DNA from: a virus | Strand: one strand, 5' to 3' | IMG/VR virus record: IMGVR_UViG_3300009034_000010 | Span: 1-64,000 of that record | Length of the DNA stretch: 64,000 nt | In this document: positions 51,278-60,601 of the stretch, piece by piece | How the letters are laid out: each line of letters starts with the position of its first letter | Numbering within the stretch: position 1 is the stretch's first letter | Notes under the pieces: model-generated | What the model saw: the letters and a program-made list of their open reading frames with translations, nothing else | What the model was told of the DNA's origin: nothing | The model's database searches: none | Program-made: the position numbers and the translations under genes

Positions 51278-52629
51278 TGGAAGAAGTTCGAGAGACGTTT
51301 AATTTTACGCCAGCATTTCAAGTGTCTGTACTTTCATATTTATTTAATGATGCCAATTTATTTAGAAGATTCACAAAGTATATTCAAGTATCCTATTTTA
51401 CAGAATTTCAATTTAGGGATATTTTGGAAATTGCGATAAATTTTTTTGCAAAGTATGAAGAAGTACCAAATAAAACTTCTTTATTAAATGAGTTAAATAC
51501 ACTTTGTATAAGAACAAACGGTCGGACAACTATTCAAGATTATCAGGACTATATAAATGAAATTTATAGTTTTAAATTTAATGAAGAATACGTAAAAGAA
51601 GAGATAATACGTTTTATACAAGTTCAAGCAGTATATACTGCTTTAAAAGAATGTACTAATTTCATGCATTTAGAAAATAAAGTGGTTGATACTGTAGTAA
51701 AAGCCGCTAGTGTAAAAAATAAGTTACTCTTTGATGGAGGCTATGACTATAAAAAAGAAATTAAAAATCGTGTTGAACTATTAAAAAAAGGAGTTAGGAC
51801 TCCGAATCAAGTTCCTATTGGTATGAATGATATAGATGCAGTAACTGGCGAAGGTTTAGGAAGCGGAGAGTTAGGTGTAGTTATAGGGCAAACAGGAATA
51901 GGTAAATCTATTTTCTTGTGTAATGTTGCTATCGGATCTTGCATGATAGGTAAAAAAGTTTTTTACGGTACAATGGAATCTGGGGTAACACCTCTGGCCG
52001 GTCGTATAGATGGACATGTTTCAACGTATACGGCAGAAGAAATGAAATCAAGAACCGATAAGTTAATAACATCTGTTATGCGTCTTCGTGGGGAATTAAA
52101 AATGAAAGAGTTCCCTCAAGCTGCGACTACACCATCAGATATTTCAAATTATGTTAATGATCTTATTGCAAATGGATATAAACCTGATATAATAATATTA
52201 GATTACATTGGTATTATGGCTGCGGAGAGACGGTTTAAAGATGTACGTCATGCAATACAAAATATTTGCCAAAATATTGTAGGAAAAATAGCTAAAAGAT
52301 ATGAAGTACCTGTGTGGTCAGCGCATCAATCGAGTGAGGTAGTTCAAGAAACGGATATTGGAAAATTAGCTCAACCGAAAAAAACAAGTAGAAAAGTTAT
52401 TGGAATATCTGGAATTGCTGAAGCTAAAGTAGCACTAGCTTCAGAATGTGACTTTTTGATTTCTTTGAACCAAGATGCAATAGAGAAATCATTGATTCCA
52501 GAAGAAATGAGAATTCATGTAATGAAAAATCGCTTAGGACCTACCGGTGATACTTTTCGTATGAGCATTGATAGAAAACGTTTTGTAATAACAGAAATCG
52601 GAAAATTAAACATACCACGGGGTGTATAG
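51277..52629 (+). CDS. dnaB: Replicative helicase, DnaB/gp41-like
   Basis: Motifs GQTGIGKS, TME, ILDY, SAHQ, KNRLG. Confidence 0.9.
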   Translation: MEEVRETFNFTPAFQVSVLSYLFNDANLFRRFTKYIQVSYFTEFQFRDILEIAINFFAKYEEVPNKTSLLNELNTLCIRTNGRTTIQDYQDYINEIYSFKFNEEYVKEEIIRFIQVQAVYTALKECTNFMHLENKVVDTVVKAASVKNKLLFDGGYDYKKEIKNRVELLKKGVRTPNQVPIGMNDIDAVTGEGLGSGELGVVIGQTGIGKSIFLCNVAIGSCMIGKKVFYGTMESGVTPLAGRIDGHVSTYTAEEMKSRTDKLITSVMRLRGELKMKEFPQAATTPSDISNYVNDLIANGYKPDIIILDYIGIMAAERRFKDVRHAIQNICQNIVGKIAKRYEVPVWSAHQSSEVVQETDIGKLAQPKKTSRKVIGISGIAEAKVALASECDFLISLNQDAIEKSLIPEEMRIHVMKNRLGPTGDTFRMSIDRKRFVITEIGKLNIPRGV

Positions 52630-53074
52630 TATGAGCATTCTGGAAGATTTAGCAGGACGTTTTGATAATAAAGGGGACTTTATACAGAGTATTGCATTCT
52701 TATCTAAACAAGAATACGCTCAATTACTTACTCTTTTTAAAGGTTCAACAGACGCTCTTAATGAACTTATTATGTTTGTTATAGAAACTTTGACCTATAA
52801 ACTTGGCGTAAAATTTGATAATATGAAATTAGGTCGAGAAGCTTATCCTTATTTGAACAAAGAAACTAATGAGCGTGAAATGATTTACCCTCTTGTTTTA
52901 ACTTTGTTTAATCGTGGACAAAAAGTTTTAATAATGGAAGGTGGAGAGACTAAAGTAGTGACACAGGATTTGATATTATTATTTGATAAATTATTAACTA
53001 TGAATATGATACACTCTTCCAGTAAACCGATGGTTGATTTTTCATTATTAGTTAACGTAGGTATAGAGTGTTGA
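52622..53074 (+). CDS. Hypothetical protein
   Basis: ORF within the operon. Confidence 0.65.
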   Translation: MYSMSILEDLAGRFDNKGDFIQSIAFLSKQEYAQLLTLFKGSTDALNELIMFVIETLTYKLGVKFDNMKLGREAYPYLNKETNEREMIYPLVLTLFNRGQKVLIMEGGETKVVTQDLILLFDKLLTMNMIHSSSKPMVDFSLLVNVGIEC

Positions 53075-53075
53075 C

Positions 53076-53605
53076 ATGATTGAAATTTGGAAAGATATAA
53101 AAGGTTATGAAGGTACTTATCAAATAAGTAACAAAGGAAGAATAAAGAGATTAGCCAGAAAAGATTTAACAGGACGCATTCTTCATGAACGAATATTAAA
53201 AACTTCTATAGGATCAAAGGGGTATCTTCAATTTGGCTTATGAGAAAAAATGAAAAAAGAAAAATTAAAGATGTTCATAGAATAGTTGCAGAAACATTTA
53301 TTCCTAATTATGATAATAAGCCTCAAGTTAATCATAAAGATGGGATTAAAATTAATGTTGAAGCTAATAATCTTGAATGGGTTACTGTGAAAGAAAATGC
53401 TGAACATAGAGATAATGTATTAGGTAAACATTTTAGAGGGGAACGATGTGGTAAAGCTAAATTGACTACTAAAGATGTTCTCGTTATAAAAGAGTTATTA
53501 AAAAATAAAAAATTAACACAAAAAGATATTGGAGAAATGTACGGCGTAAGTAATGTTTGTATTAATTATATCAACACAGGTAAACGTTGGTCTCATTTAT
53601 GTTAG
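53076..53605 (+). mobile_element. NUMOD4-HNH homing endonuclease (indel at ~53230)
   Basis: MIEIWKDIKGYEGTYQISNKG starts at 53076 and continues in the 53240-53605 frame. Confidence 0.88.
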
Positions 53606-53841
53606 AAAAAGATAAGGTCAGTATATGTAAAATTATAAAAGGGATTTATACCACTGAAGCATTATTATTTAACAATACTTTAGAAGGGTTACAAGCTTAT
53701 AATGAAGCTTATATAAAAATAGCTGGCTTGTTAGATGGTTTTAATGCTACTACTTCTGAAATATGTCGCTATCTTGGAGATGAGTTCTTTGAATGGTATT
53801 CTAGTGGTTATGATGAAGTAATAGCGAAATTCTTAGATTAG
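53599..53841 (+). CDS. Hypothetical protein
   Basis: ORF within the operon. Confidence 0.6.
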   Translation: MLEKDKVSICKIIKGIYTTEALLFNNTLEGLQAYNEAYIKIAGLLDGFNATTSEICRYLGDEFFEWYSSGYDEVIAKFLD

Positions 53842-53984
53842 AGGGTATCATGTTTGAATTAGCTGTTATAGAACAATATATAGTTCCAGGAATATGTATA
53901 ATTTTTTGTATTGTGTGCTTAATTAAATTCAGTATAAGCGCAAATAGAGATATTGACGAACCTGAGAAGAGACAGGAGGAGTAA

Positions 53985-54206
53985 ATGCCACTTTATGATT
54001 ACCGTTGTCCGGTATGTGGAGCGATTATTGAAAGTTTTGGTAGTTATGATGAAGACATAAAAATGAGACAATGCTGCTCTTCCTTGTGTAATGGAGAGCA
54101 GCAAAATTTTTATAGAATAATATCCGGTAAACCACCGGTTATAATATTTAAAGGAGATGGTTGGGCAAAAGATAATTATACTGGAAAATCAAATAATGAA
54201 AAATGA
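53985..54206 (+). CDS. FmdB-family zinc ribbon protein
   Basis: MPLYDYRCPVCG...C...C...IFKGDGW. Confidence 0.9.
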   Translation: MPLYDYRCPVCGAIIESFGSYDEDIKMRQCCSSLCNGEQQNFYRIISGKPPVIIFKGDGWAKDNYTGKSNNEK

Positions 54207-54717
54207 AGAGATTTGGACGAATATAAAAGACTATGAAGGATTATACCAAATTTCTTCATACGGACGAGTTAAAAGTCTTAGAAGGAAAAGATCAGATAAT
54301 ATCTGGACAAAAACTCGTATCCTTAAAAATAGAACAGATAAATATGGGTATTCACATGTAACTTTAGTTAAAAATAAGATATATAAAACATGTTTAGTTC
54401 ATAGACTAGTAGCTAAAGCGTTTATACCTAATCTAAATAACAAACCTCAAGTTAATCATGAAGATGGTATTAAAAACCATAATTATGATTATAATTTAAA
54501 ATGGTGTACTATATCTGAGAATAATCAACATGCTTATGATATGCATTTAAAAGAAAGTCTTAAAGGAGAAGAGAATGGGACTTCAAAATTGAAAGATGGA
54601 GATGTTCTACAAATTAGAAAAAGTTCATTAACTCAAAAAGAGTTAGCAAGAATATTTGGTGTAACTCAAACACATATAAGTCGTATTAAACGAAATGTAA
54701 GTTGGAGACATATCTAA
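54196..54717 (+). mobile_element. NUMOD4-HNH homing endonuclease
   Basis: Motifs YEGLYQISSYGRVKS, HRLVAKAF, VNH.DGIK. Confidence 0.92.
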
Positions 54718-54718
54718 G

Positions 54719-55056
54719 ATGGCTATAACGGAGATTCAAACAAGAAAAAGGACCCAGAACTTTAAATCATGTAAAGAGTGTGCAGAACATTTTGGAGAGA
54801 AAAATATCCCAGATTGGATGCTTGAAACAGAACTTTGTATTCTTTGTATTTGTGTAGTTAATAAATTTTCGAAAGAAGTTATTCAGGCTGTTGATACTTT
54901 AAAGAAAGTAAAGTTACTCCTGAATTATTTGAACTTATGGATACGGAATTTGCAGAAGCTTTGCTTTTATTGAAAAAGCGAAAAGTATCAGGAGAAACTT
55001 ACAATTCAATTAAAGTATCATGTAAACTAACTCATAAAGTAGGAGAAATTAAATGA
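54719..55056 (+). CDS. Hypothetical Cys-containing protein (probable indel at ~54902)
   Basis: CKEC...CILC; the shifted frame runs to a TGA overlapping the next ATG. Confidence 0.55.
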
Positions 55057-55832
55057 ATATGATTGTTGTAGCAGCGACTACAATATCTGACGCTTTTCAT
55101 CAAATGTTGTACAAATTTTTTGAAAAAGATAGTGACAAGAACTATGTTAATGCATATGTCACTGACATTGATTCTGGTAGTTTCGGTAAAGATAAAATGG
55201 GGGAAGAGAGTGGTGCTCAACAAAGATTACAAGCCAGTTTAGCTGTAGCTGAAATAACTCATCCTGAAGCTCGACCTTTATCGGTAACGTTTCCTGAGCA
55301 GTTGAATATTCCTCCAGTCTGTACTCAAGACAGCATTGAGGATTATTTTGCAAACTATCTTATGAATGCTGAATTGTCAATAAATGAAACATACACCTAT
55401 GGTAGTAGAATGTTGGCATTTCCTAGGATTGTAACTGATAAATTTCCTTACAGCCCTGATGGTAAGTTATTAACGTATCCTATTAAGAAATTCAATCAGA
55501 TTGACTGGATTATAGATCACCTTAAAGCAGCCCCCGGTAATAATCATTGTTGTGTTGAAATAAGCAAAGGGGATGATCTTCTTCTTAAGCACGCCCCTTG
55601 CCTCAGATTGATTTCATTTAAAATCGTTAATGGAAAGTTAAACGTCACTGTCTTTTTTCGTAGTTGGGACTTCTGGAGCGGATTCCCTACGAATCTCGGT
55701 GGTATTCAATTATTAAATGAGTATGTGGCTTCAGAGATTGGGATAGAAACCGGTACAATGTTCGTTCTGTCAGACGGTCTTCATGTTTATACTCATAATG
55801 TGAAATTCGCTCTTGAGAGGTTGGGAAGATGA
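55053..55832 (+). CDS. thyA: Thymidylate synthase-family protein
   Basis: Motifs YTYG.R, PCL, FRSWD...GFPTN, GLHVY. Confidence 0.8.
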   Translation: MNMIVVAATTISDAFHQMLYKFFEKDSDKNYVNAYVTDIDSGSFGKDKMGEESGAQQRLQASLAVAEITHPEARPLSVTFPEQLNIPPVCTQDSIEDYFANYLMNAELSINETYTYGSRMLAFPRIVTDKFPYSPDGKLLTYPIKKFNQIDWIIDHLKAAPGNNHCCVEISKGDDLLLKHAPCLRLISFKIVNGKLNVTVFFRSWDFWSGFPTNLGGIQLLNEYVASEIGIETGTMFVLSDGLHVYTHNVKFALERLGR

Positions 55833-56797
55833 TGCAAATAAAAAGTTTAGTATTTGAAGGAGGTGGAGTAGCAGGCATTGCTTATGGAGGAGCCTTAACT
55901 TTCATGGATACTCATCATTTGCTTGATGATGTAGTGAGAGTTGGAGGAACAAGTGCTGGAGCTATAACAGCCTGTTTAATGGCTATAGGATGTGAAGCGG
56001 ACGAGATTCAAGAAATTATCAAAGAAACAAAATTTTCCTCTTTTCAGGATGATAGTTTTGGTGTTATTCGTGATAGTGTCCGACTTATGAGAGATTATGG
56101 TTGGCATAAAGGTGAGACATTCAAGACATGGCTTAAGGGTCATATTACAGATAAATTTGGTTATGATGGTGTTACTTTTGCTGATTTAGATCGAAATAAT
56201 AGTTGGTACATACGGTATGAAACATCTTTATGTAGTTGGGACAAATCTAACCAAACAACAGTCAGAAATTTATTCTCATGAAACTAACCGAATATGTTGA
56301 TCGCAGACGCTGTAAGAATTTCTATGGGAATCCCTTTTTTCTTTCAATGTGTTGAGAATAAAGACGGAGACATTTTAGTAGATGGTGGGGTAGCAAATAA
56401 CTATCCTGTGAAGATGTTTGATAAGAGAAAGTATTATAATCAACATGCAAAGACTCCTAATTCTGAAGAAAAATTGTTTAATCCTGAAACAATTGGATTC
56501 CGGTTAGATACTCAAGAAGAAATTAATGCAAATAAAGATTGGGGAAATACTTCGGTTGAAATAAACAGCTTGAGTGACTATATTGGTGCTGTGTTGTCTT
56601 ATTTTATGGAAACAGCGAATAAAAAGCATCTTACTGAAGCTGACCGGCGCAGAACCATTTTCATAGATAAAGCTCATATCAAAGCAACTGACTTTAGTCT
56701 TACTGATGAAGATGTAGATTTACTTATAAAGAATGGAGAAAAAGCTGTTAAAAAATTTTATGAACTTGAACTTGAACTTGAACTTGACAGCGTGTAG
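55829..56797 (+). CDS. Patatin-like phospholipase (two indels, ~56191 and ~56288)
   Basis: Motifs EGGGVAG, GTSAG, ISMGIPFFF, DGG..NNYP; the bridging frame reads HLYVVGTNLTKQQSEIYSHET. Confidence 0.88.
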
Positions 56798-56812
56798 GAT
56801 GCCTGTTATACT
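56784..56812 (+). promoter_or_regulatory. Sigma70-type promoter
   Basis: TTGACA-17 nt-TATACT with extended TG. Confidence 0.75.
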
Positions 56813-56872
56813 ATAATAGAGTGCATCAGTTTTTAGCGTAAATTATTTTCTAACTATTTTGAAAGGGATTTT

Positions 56873-57196
56873 ATGGACGATGAAGAAAAAGGCGAGTTGA
56901 GTTTTAGTCTGCAATCAGTGAGCGCCCTTATTGAGGCAAAGAAAGCTTTTATAGATAATAAAGGCAATGTTGATATGGGGGACGTAAAAGAAGTTACTCT
57001 TGGAACGGAGGGGATTCTTAAAGTAAAAATCAAAGGTTCGAGGACGGCCACAGTCACAATGGCGCAGGTTTTCGATAAAGCGGAAGATGCTTATGAAGTT
57101 GCGATAAAGTTGAAAGCAGAACAAAAGCAAAACCTTTCCAGCGATATTAACGCTATGAGGGGCAGAATAGAAAATATCCGAAATCCCCAGGACTAA
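56873..57196 (+). CDS. Hypothetical protein, apparently monocistronic
   Basis: Lies between a promoter and a hairpin. Confidence 0.75.
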   Translation: MDDEEKGELSFSLQSVSALIEAKKAFIDNKGNVDMGDVKEVTLGTEGILKVKIKGSRTATVTMAQVFDKAEDAYEVAIKLKAEQKQNLSSDINAMRGRIENIRNPQD

Positions 57197-57212
57197 AAGC
57201 AGGCTTTAACAT

Positions 57213-57230
57213 AGGGGGCGAAAGCCCCCT
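57213..57230 (+). terminator. Hairpin/terminator
   Basis: AGGGGGC-GAAA-GCCCCCT; weak T-tract. Confidence 0.65.
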
Positions 57231-57264
57231 TATATAAAATTTAATTAAGAGGTTAAATAGTCAA

Positions 57265-57453
57265 ATGAATGAGCAACCAGGTTGGTGCGATAGTTGTAAT
57301 ACGCAAAGAGAGTTATTTGAATTTTCTTGTCCGGTATGTAGAGATCGAGTCATGTACTGTAAAACCTGTCTTTCTGTAGCTATTAAAGAACATAAATGTA
57401 TTGAATGTTTTGAAGAAGGGACTAAACATGAATACGGCCACAGAGCCAATTAA
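57265..57453 (+). CDS. Small Cys-rich zinc-finger protein
   Basis: Four CxxC pairs. Confidence 0.65.
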   Translation: MNEQPGWCDSCNTQRELFEFSCPVCRDRVMYCKTCLSVAIKEHKCIECFEEGTKHEYGHRAN

Positions 57454-57673
57454 AGATAAAAATCCCCCTATAGATAAGGGGGGTTCACATAAGTTATTTG
57501 AATTCAGATGTTACTTATGTGGTGATACTGCGGATCATACATGTTTATCTTGTGGAAAACATGTATGTATGAGTTGTTGGAATGAAGAACAATTCGGTTG
57601 CATTGAATGCTTTCCTCAATTTACGGACGAAGCGTATGCACCCACTTTTCAGTCACATTTTCTTGATAATTAG
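57428..57673 (+). CDS. Small Cys-rich zinc-finger protein
   Basis: Four CxxC pairs. Confidence 0.65.
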   Translation: MNTATEPIKDKNPPIDKGGSHKLFEFRCYLCGDTADHTCLSCGKHVCMSCWNEEQFGCIECFPQFTDEAYAPTFQSHFLDN

Positions 57674-57854
57674 AGGCTGTTATGAAATATTTTAAATGGG
57701 TTTTCATATTCTATCTTTTTTGGTGTTGTTTTCTCCAGATAATACTTGGACCAATCCTTTGTCCATACGAAGTTATGACTTATGCAGCTATATTTCAATC
57801 TATCTAAGTAACTTATAATAAGAATACCCTTATTTCAATTTAAAGGTTTTTATA

Positions 57855-58268
57855 ATGGACGATTTGTATAAAAGTACACGTAACGCTCGTAAGAATCTTT
57901 CAGACGATATGAACGCTAAAATAAAACTTGTGGAGGATATTTTTAATCAGCTATTTAAAATATATCACATTACTTATGGGGAATTTAATAAACGTTTTCC
58001 TCTTGAAAAATACGGTTGTGATGAGCAAGCATTACTGGCTTTAGAAAAAAAGCATTATGAATTAGGATTGGCCGGTAAAGATACTAAAGATTTTGGCGTA
58101 TCTGTACTTTCTCTAATGGCAACTATTACGGATGTTTTTACAGGCGGGTTTAGATTTTCAGTTCTTTTACAAAGTGTTTCTGATAATTCTAAATACACGA
58201 CAAATTATTTTGAAAATAGGCGTATTGAAAGTGTAGAATTAATTTATTATCCGCCGCCAAAAAAATAA
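57855..58268 (+). CDS. Hypothetical protein
   Basis: ORF. Confidence 0.65.
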   Translation: MDDLYKSTRNARKNLSDDMNAKIKLVEDIFNQLFKIYHITYGEFNKRFPLEKYGCDEQALLALEKKHYELGLAGKDTKDFGVSVLSLMATITDVFTGGFRFSVLLQSVSDNSKYTTNYFENRRIESVELIYYPPPKK

Positions 58269-58280
58269 AGGTACTTTAAC

Positions 58281-58496
58281 GTGACTGAAATAGGATTAGA
58301 TAAATGTTATCGTCATAGAGATACAGGATGTGAATATCATATCTTGACTTATCTTCGTACAAAAACATTCGGTATGACTTTGTTAACAGAATACTATGAC
58401 GGAATATGCGTAAATATTATTCCGATAGATAAAGAAAATTTTGATGATCATATTTCTGATTACGAAGAAATAGCTGAAGACGAATTCGCAGAATAG
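58281..58496 (+). CDS. Hypothetical protein
   Basis: ORF. Confidence 0.55.
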   Translation: MTEIGLDKCYRHRDTGCEYHILTYLRTKTFGMTLLTEYYDGICVNIIPIDKENFDDHISDYEEIAEDEFAE

Positions 58497-58580
58497 CGAG
58501 AGTGGTGGAATCTGGCGTACACACAGGGTTTAAGCCCCTGCACCTTCGGGTTGAGGGTTCGAATCCCTCCTCTCGCACCA
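58496..58580 (+). tRNA. tRNA-Leu(TAA)
   Basis: Acceptor GCGAGAG/CTCTCGC; CAGGG-TTTAAGC-CCCTG; long variable arm; TTCGAAT; CCA. Confidence 0.93.
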
Positions 58581-58603
58581 ATAAAACGTAAATAAAATTT
58601 TAA

Positions 58604-58680
58604 GCGGGTGTGACGGAATTGGCAGACGTGCGGGATTTAGACTCCCGTTTTTAGAGGTTCGAGCCCTCTCACCCGTACCA
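58604..58680 (+). tRNA. tRNA-Leu(TAG), short variable loop
   Basis: Acceptor GCGGGTG/CACCCGT; CGGGA-TTTAGAC-TCCCG; TTCGAGC; CCA. Confidence 0.9.
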
Positions 58681-58683
58681 ATT

Positions 58684-58758
58684 TGGAGCGTGGCTTAGGG
58701 GCAAAGCACACGGCTGATAACCGTGGGATCGGAGGTTCGATTCCTTCCGCTCCAACCA
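58684..58758 (+). tRNA. tRNA-Ile(GAT)
   Basis: Acceptor TGGAGCG/CGCTCCA; CACGG-CTGATAA-CCGTG; CCA. Confidence 0.93.
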
Positions 58759-58762
58759 ATAA

Positions 58763-58853
58763 GGGGGAGTGTCTGAGTGGTTGAAAGAGCCGGACTGTAA
58801 ATCCGGTCCCGTTGTGGTAAACATCGTAGGTTCAAAACCTACCTCCCCCACCA
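58763..58853 (+). tRNA. tRNA-Tyr(GTA)
   Basis: Acceptor GGGGGAG/CTCCCCC; CCGGA-CTGTAAA-TCCGG; long variable arm; CCA. Confidence 0.92.
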
Positions 58854-58867
58854 ATTTAGAGGTTATA

Positions 58868-59485
58868 ATGATAAATATAGGTATTTTAGTTTCGGGAAAT
58901 GGTACAAATATGGAAGCTATTTTAAAAGCTTCCGAGAATGGTATTTTAGAAAATAGAATTAATCCTGTAGTTATTATCTCTAATAATAGAGAAGCAAAAG
59001 CTATAGAAAAAGCCCGGAAATATAAGTCTATAGTAGAGTTTATAATAGAAAGAGAAACATATAAAAGTGCTCAAACTTACGATAAAGCTGTTTGTGATAC
59101 TCTTAAACTTTATGAAGTTGATCTTGTAGTATTAGCCGGTTATAATAGATTAATAAAAAATTATAGTCATCCTGACTGTATTCTTCGCTCTTTTTCAAAA
59201 AGAATAGTAAACATTCACCCATCACTTCTTCCAGCATTTCCTGGTATGGGAGCTATAAAACAGGCTCTTGACTATGGTGTTAAGATCACAGGTTGCACGA
59301 TTCACTGGGTAGATGCCGGGATGGATACCGGAAAAATTATTAAACAGAAAAGTTGTATAATAGAGCCTGAAGATACGTTAGAAACATTAACAAATCGTGT
59401 TCATAAAAGTGAGCATTCTCTTTATGTAGAAGCATTAAGAAATGTTTACTTTTTGATGAAAAGACCAAAATATGACAAATACTAA
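58868..59485 (+). CDS. purN: Phosphoribosylglycinamide formyltransferase
   Basis: Motifs IGILVSGNGTNMEAI, LAGY, NIHPSLLPAFPG, TGCTIHWVDAGMDTG. Confidence 0.93.
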   Translation: MINIGILVSGNGTNMEAILKASENGILENRINPVVIISNNREAKAIEKARKYKSIVEFIIERETYKSAQTYDKAVCDTLKLYEVDLVVLAGYNRLIKNYSHPDCILRSFSKRIVNIHPSLLPAFPGMGAIKQALDYGVKITGCTIHWVDAGMDTGKIIKQKSCIIEPEDTLETLTNRVHKSEHSLYVEALRNVYFLMKRPKYDKY

Positions 59486-60083
59486 TGTGATACGAATATT
59501 GAATGCACTTTACGCCGGTTTTCCTATCAAAATAGATGGGTATGACTATTATCTTGGCTCTAATAACATGCTTGGCATTAAGGCTGATAGGTATATCGAT
59601 AATGTAAAGCAGCCAGATGACGGAACTATACAAGGAGTAGACTGGTCTCTTAAAGATTTTTTAACTGTTTGTGAACAAATGTCAGAACAAGAAATTGAGA
59701 TGCAATGTTCTGAAGCAGAACGAAAAATAGCTGCCGTAGAATCCGATACTAAAAAGATTACTAAAAGTTACGCTTCGAATGATGAGCGAAAATATAAAAT
59801 AAAGAGTAATCAGTATTTATTTAAATATCCTAATTTTCTGAACAGTCAAATTAATAGACTCAATAATATTGTTCAAAATGATAATGTAATTCCACTTAGT
59901 GATCTTAAGCAATGGCTTAAGGATCTTACAAGAATTATTTATAAATTGTTGGACTATGCAGAAAATATAGTTTATTATATAAAATATAATCAGGAACCTA
60001 AAATAGACCCTGATGCCTCTGGTTTACTCGATGATACATTGATACTGGATTCACTATGGCCGGACGATGATATACTTTTTTAG
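59472..60083 (+). CDS. Hypothetical protein
   Basis: ORF. Confidence 0.65.
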   Translation: MTNTNVIRILNALYAGFPIKIDGYDYYLGSNNMLGIKADRYIDNVKQPDDGTIQGVDWSLKDFLTVCEQMSEQEIEMQCSEAERKIAAVESDTKKITKSYASNDERKYKIKSNQYLFKYPNFLNSQINRLNNIVQNDNVIPLSDLKQWLKDLTRIIYKLLDYAENIVYYIKYNQEPKIDPDASGLLDDTLILDSLWPDDDILF

Positions 60084-60091
60084 GAGAAATT

Positions 60092-60322
60092 ATGACTAGA
60101 TTAGAATGGTTAACTTGGGTTTTTTGGAGTAGGTCTCCTCTCTTTTGGTATTGGGTTCATCAACAAGGTGGTAAAATATGGCATGTACTTATTGGAGTAC
60201 ATGATATATCTGATCCTTTTATAGATTGGATTCCTTGTGTTGGATATGGTAGTTATCACAAAACTTTAAGAAGAATGGTGGCTAAAACAGGCCGAAATAT
60301 TTATGGAGATAAATTGAATTAA
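60092..60322 (+). CDS. Small Trp-rich hypothetical protein
   Basis: ORF with an AGGAG RBS. Confidence 0.6.
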   Translation: MTRLEWLTWVFWSRSPLFWYWVHQQGGKIWHVLIGVHDISDPFIDWIPCVGYGSYHKTLRRMVAKTGRNIYGDKLN

Positions 60323-60397
60323 TCAGGAGTCGTCTAGTCGGTAGGATACCGGACTTTGAATCCGACAACACAGGTTCGACCCCTGTCTCCTGAACCA
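60323..60397 (+). tRNA. tRNA-Gln(TTG)
   Basis: Acceptor TCAGGAG/CTCCTGA; CGGA-CTTTGAA-TCCG; TTCGACC; CCA. Confidence 0.92.
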
Positions 60398-60409
60398 ATT
60401 GAGGTAAAG

Positions 60410-60601
60410 ATGTTAGTATCAAAAAGAGCGATTAAAGTAGATAAGATTACAATTTCTGGCGAGGACATTGAACGGTTAAGGAATCTTTGCGAATTTATGG
60501 AAGATTCAGCGAAAAATATAATTGAGGATTATCCAAATGACACAACAAAAATTCAAAACATGATAACTTTTTGTAGAAATGTCTTAAAGGAATTTGAATG
60601 A
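60410..60601 (+). CDS. Hypothetical protein
   Basis: GAGGT RBS, start MLVSKR. Confidence 0.6.
   Translation: MLVSKRAIKVDKITISGEDIERLRNLCEFMEDSAKNIIEDYPNDTTKIQNMITFCRNVLKEFE

Noticed and set aside
28146-52629. Inteins or group I introns in terminase, RNR, polymerase or helicase
   Set aside because: No C/S...HN splice motifs, LAGLIDADG blocks or interrupted motifs; protein sizes are ordinary.
56761-56787. (TGAACT)4 microsatellite as a phase-variation switch
   Set aside because: In-frame 6-mer at the extreme C-terminus of patatin (ELELELEL), upstream of the -35 box; length change would alter neither frame nor promoter spacing.
58769-58867. N-terminal extension of PurN (similarly 60356-60409)
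   Set aside because: The extensions are translations of tRNA-Tyr and tRNA-Gln; RBS-supported starts lie downstream.
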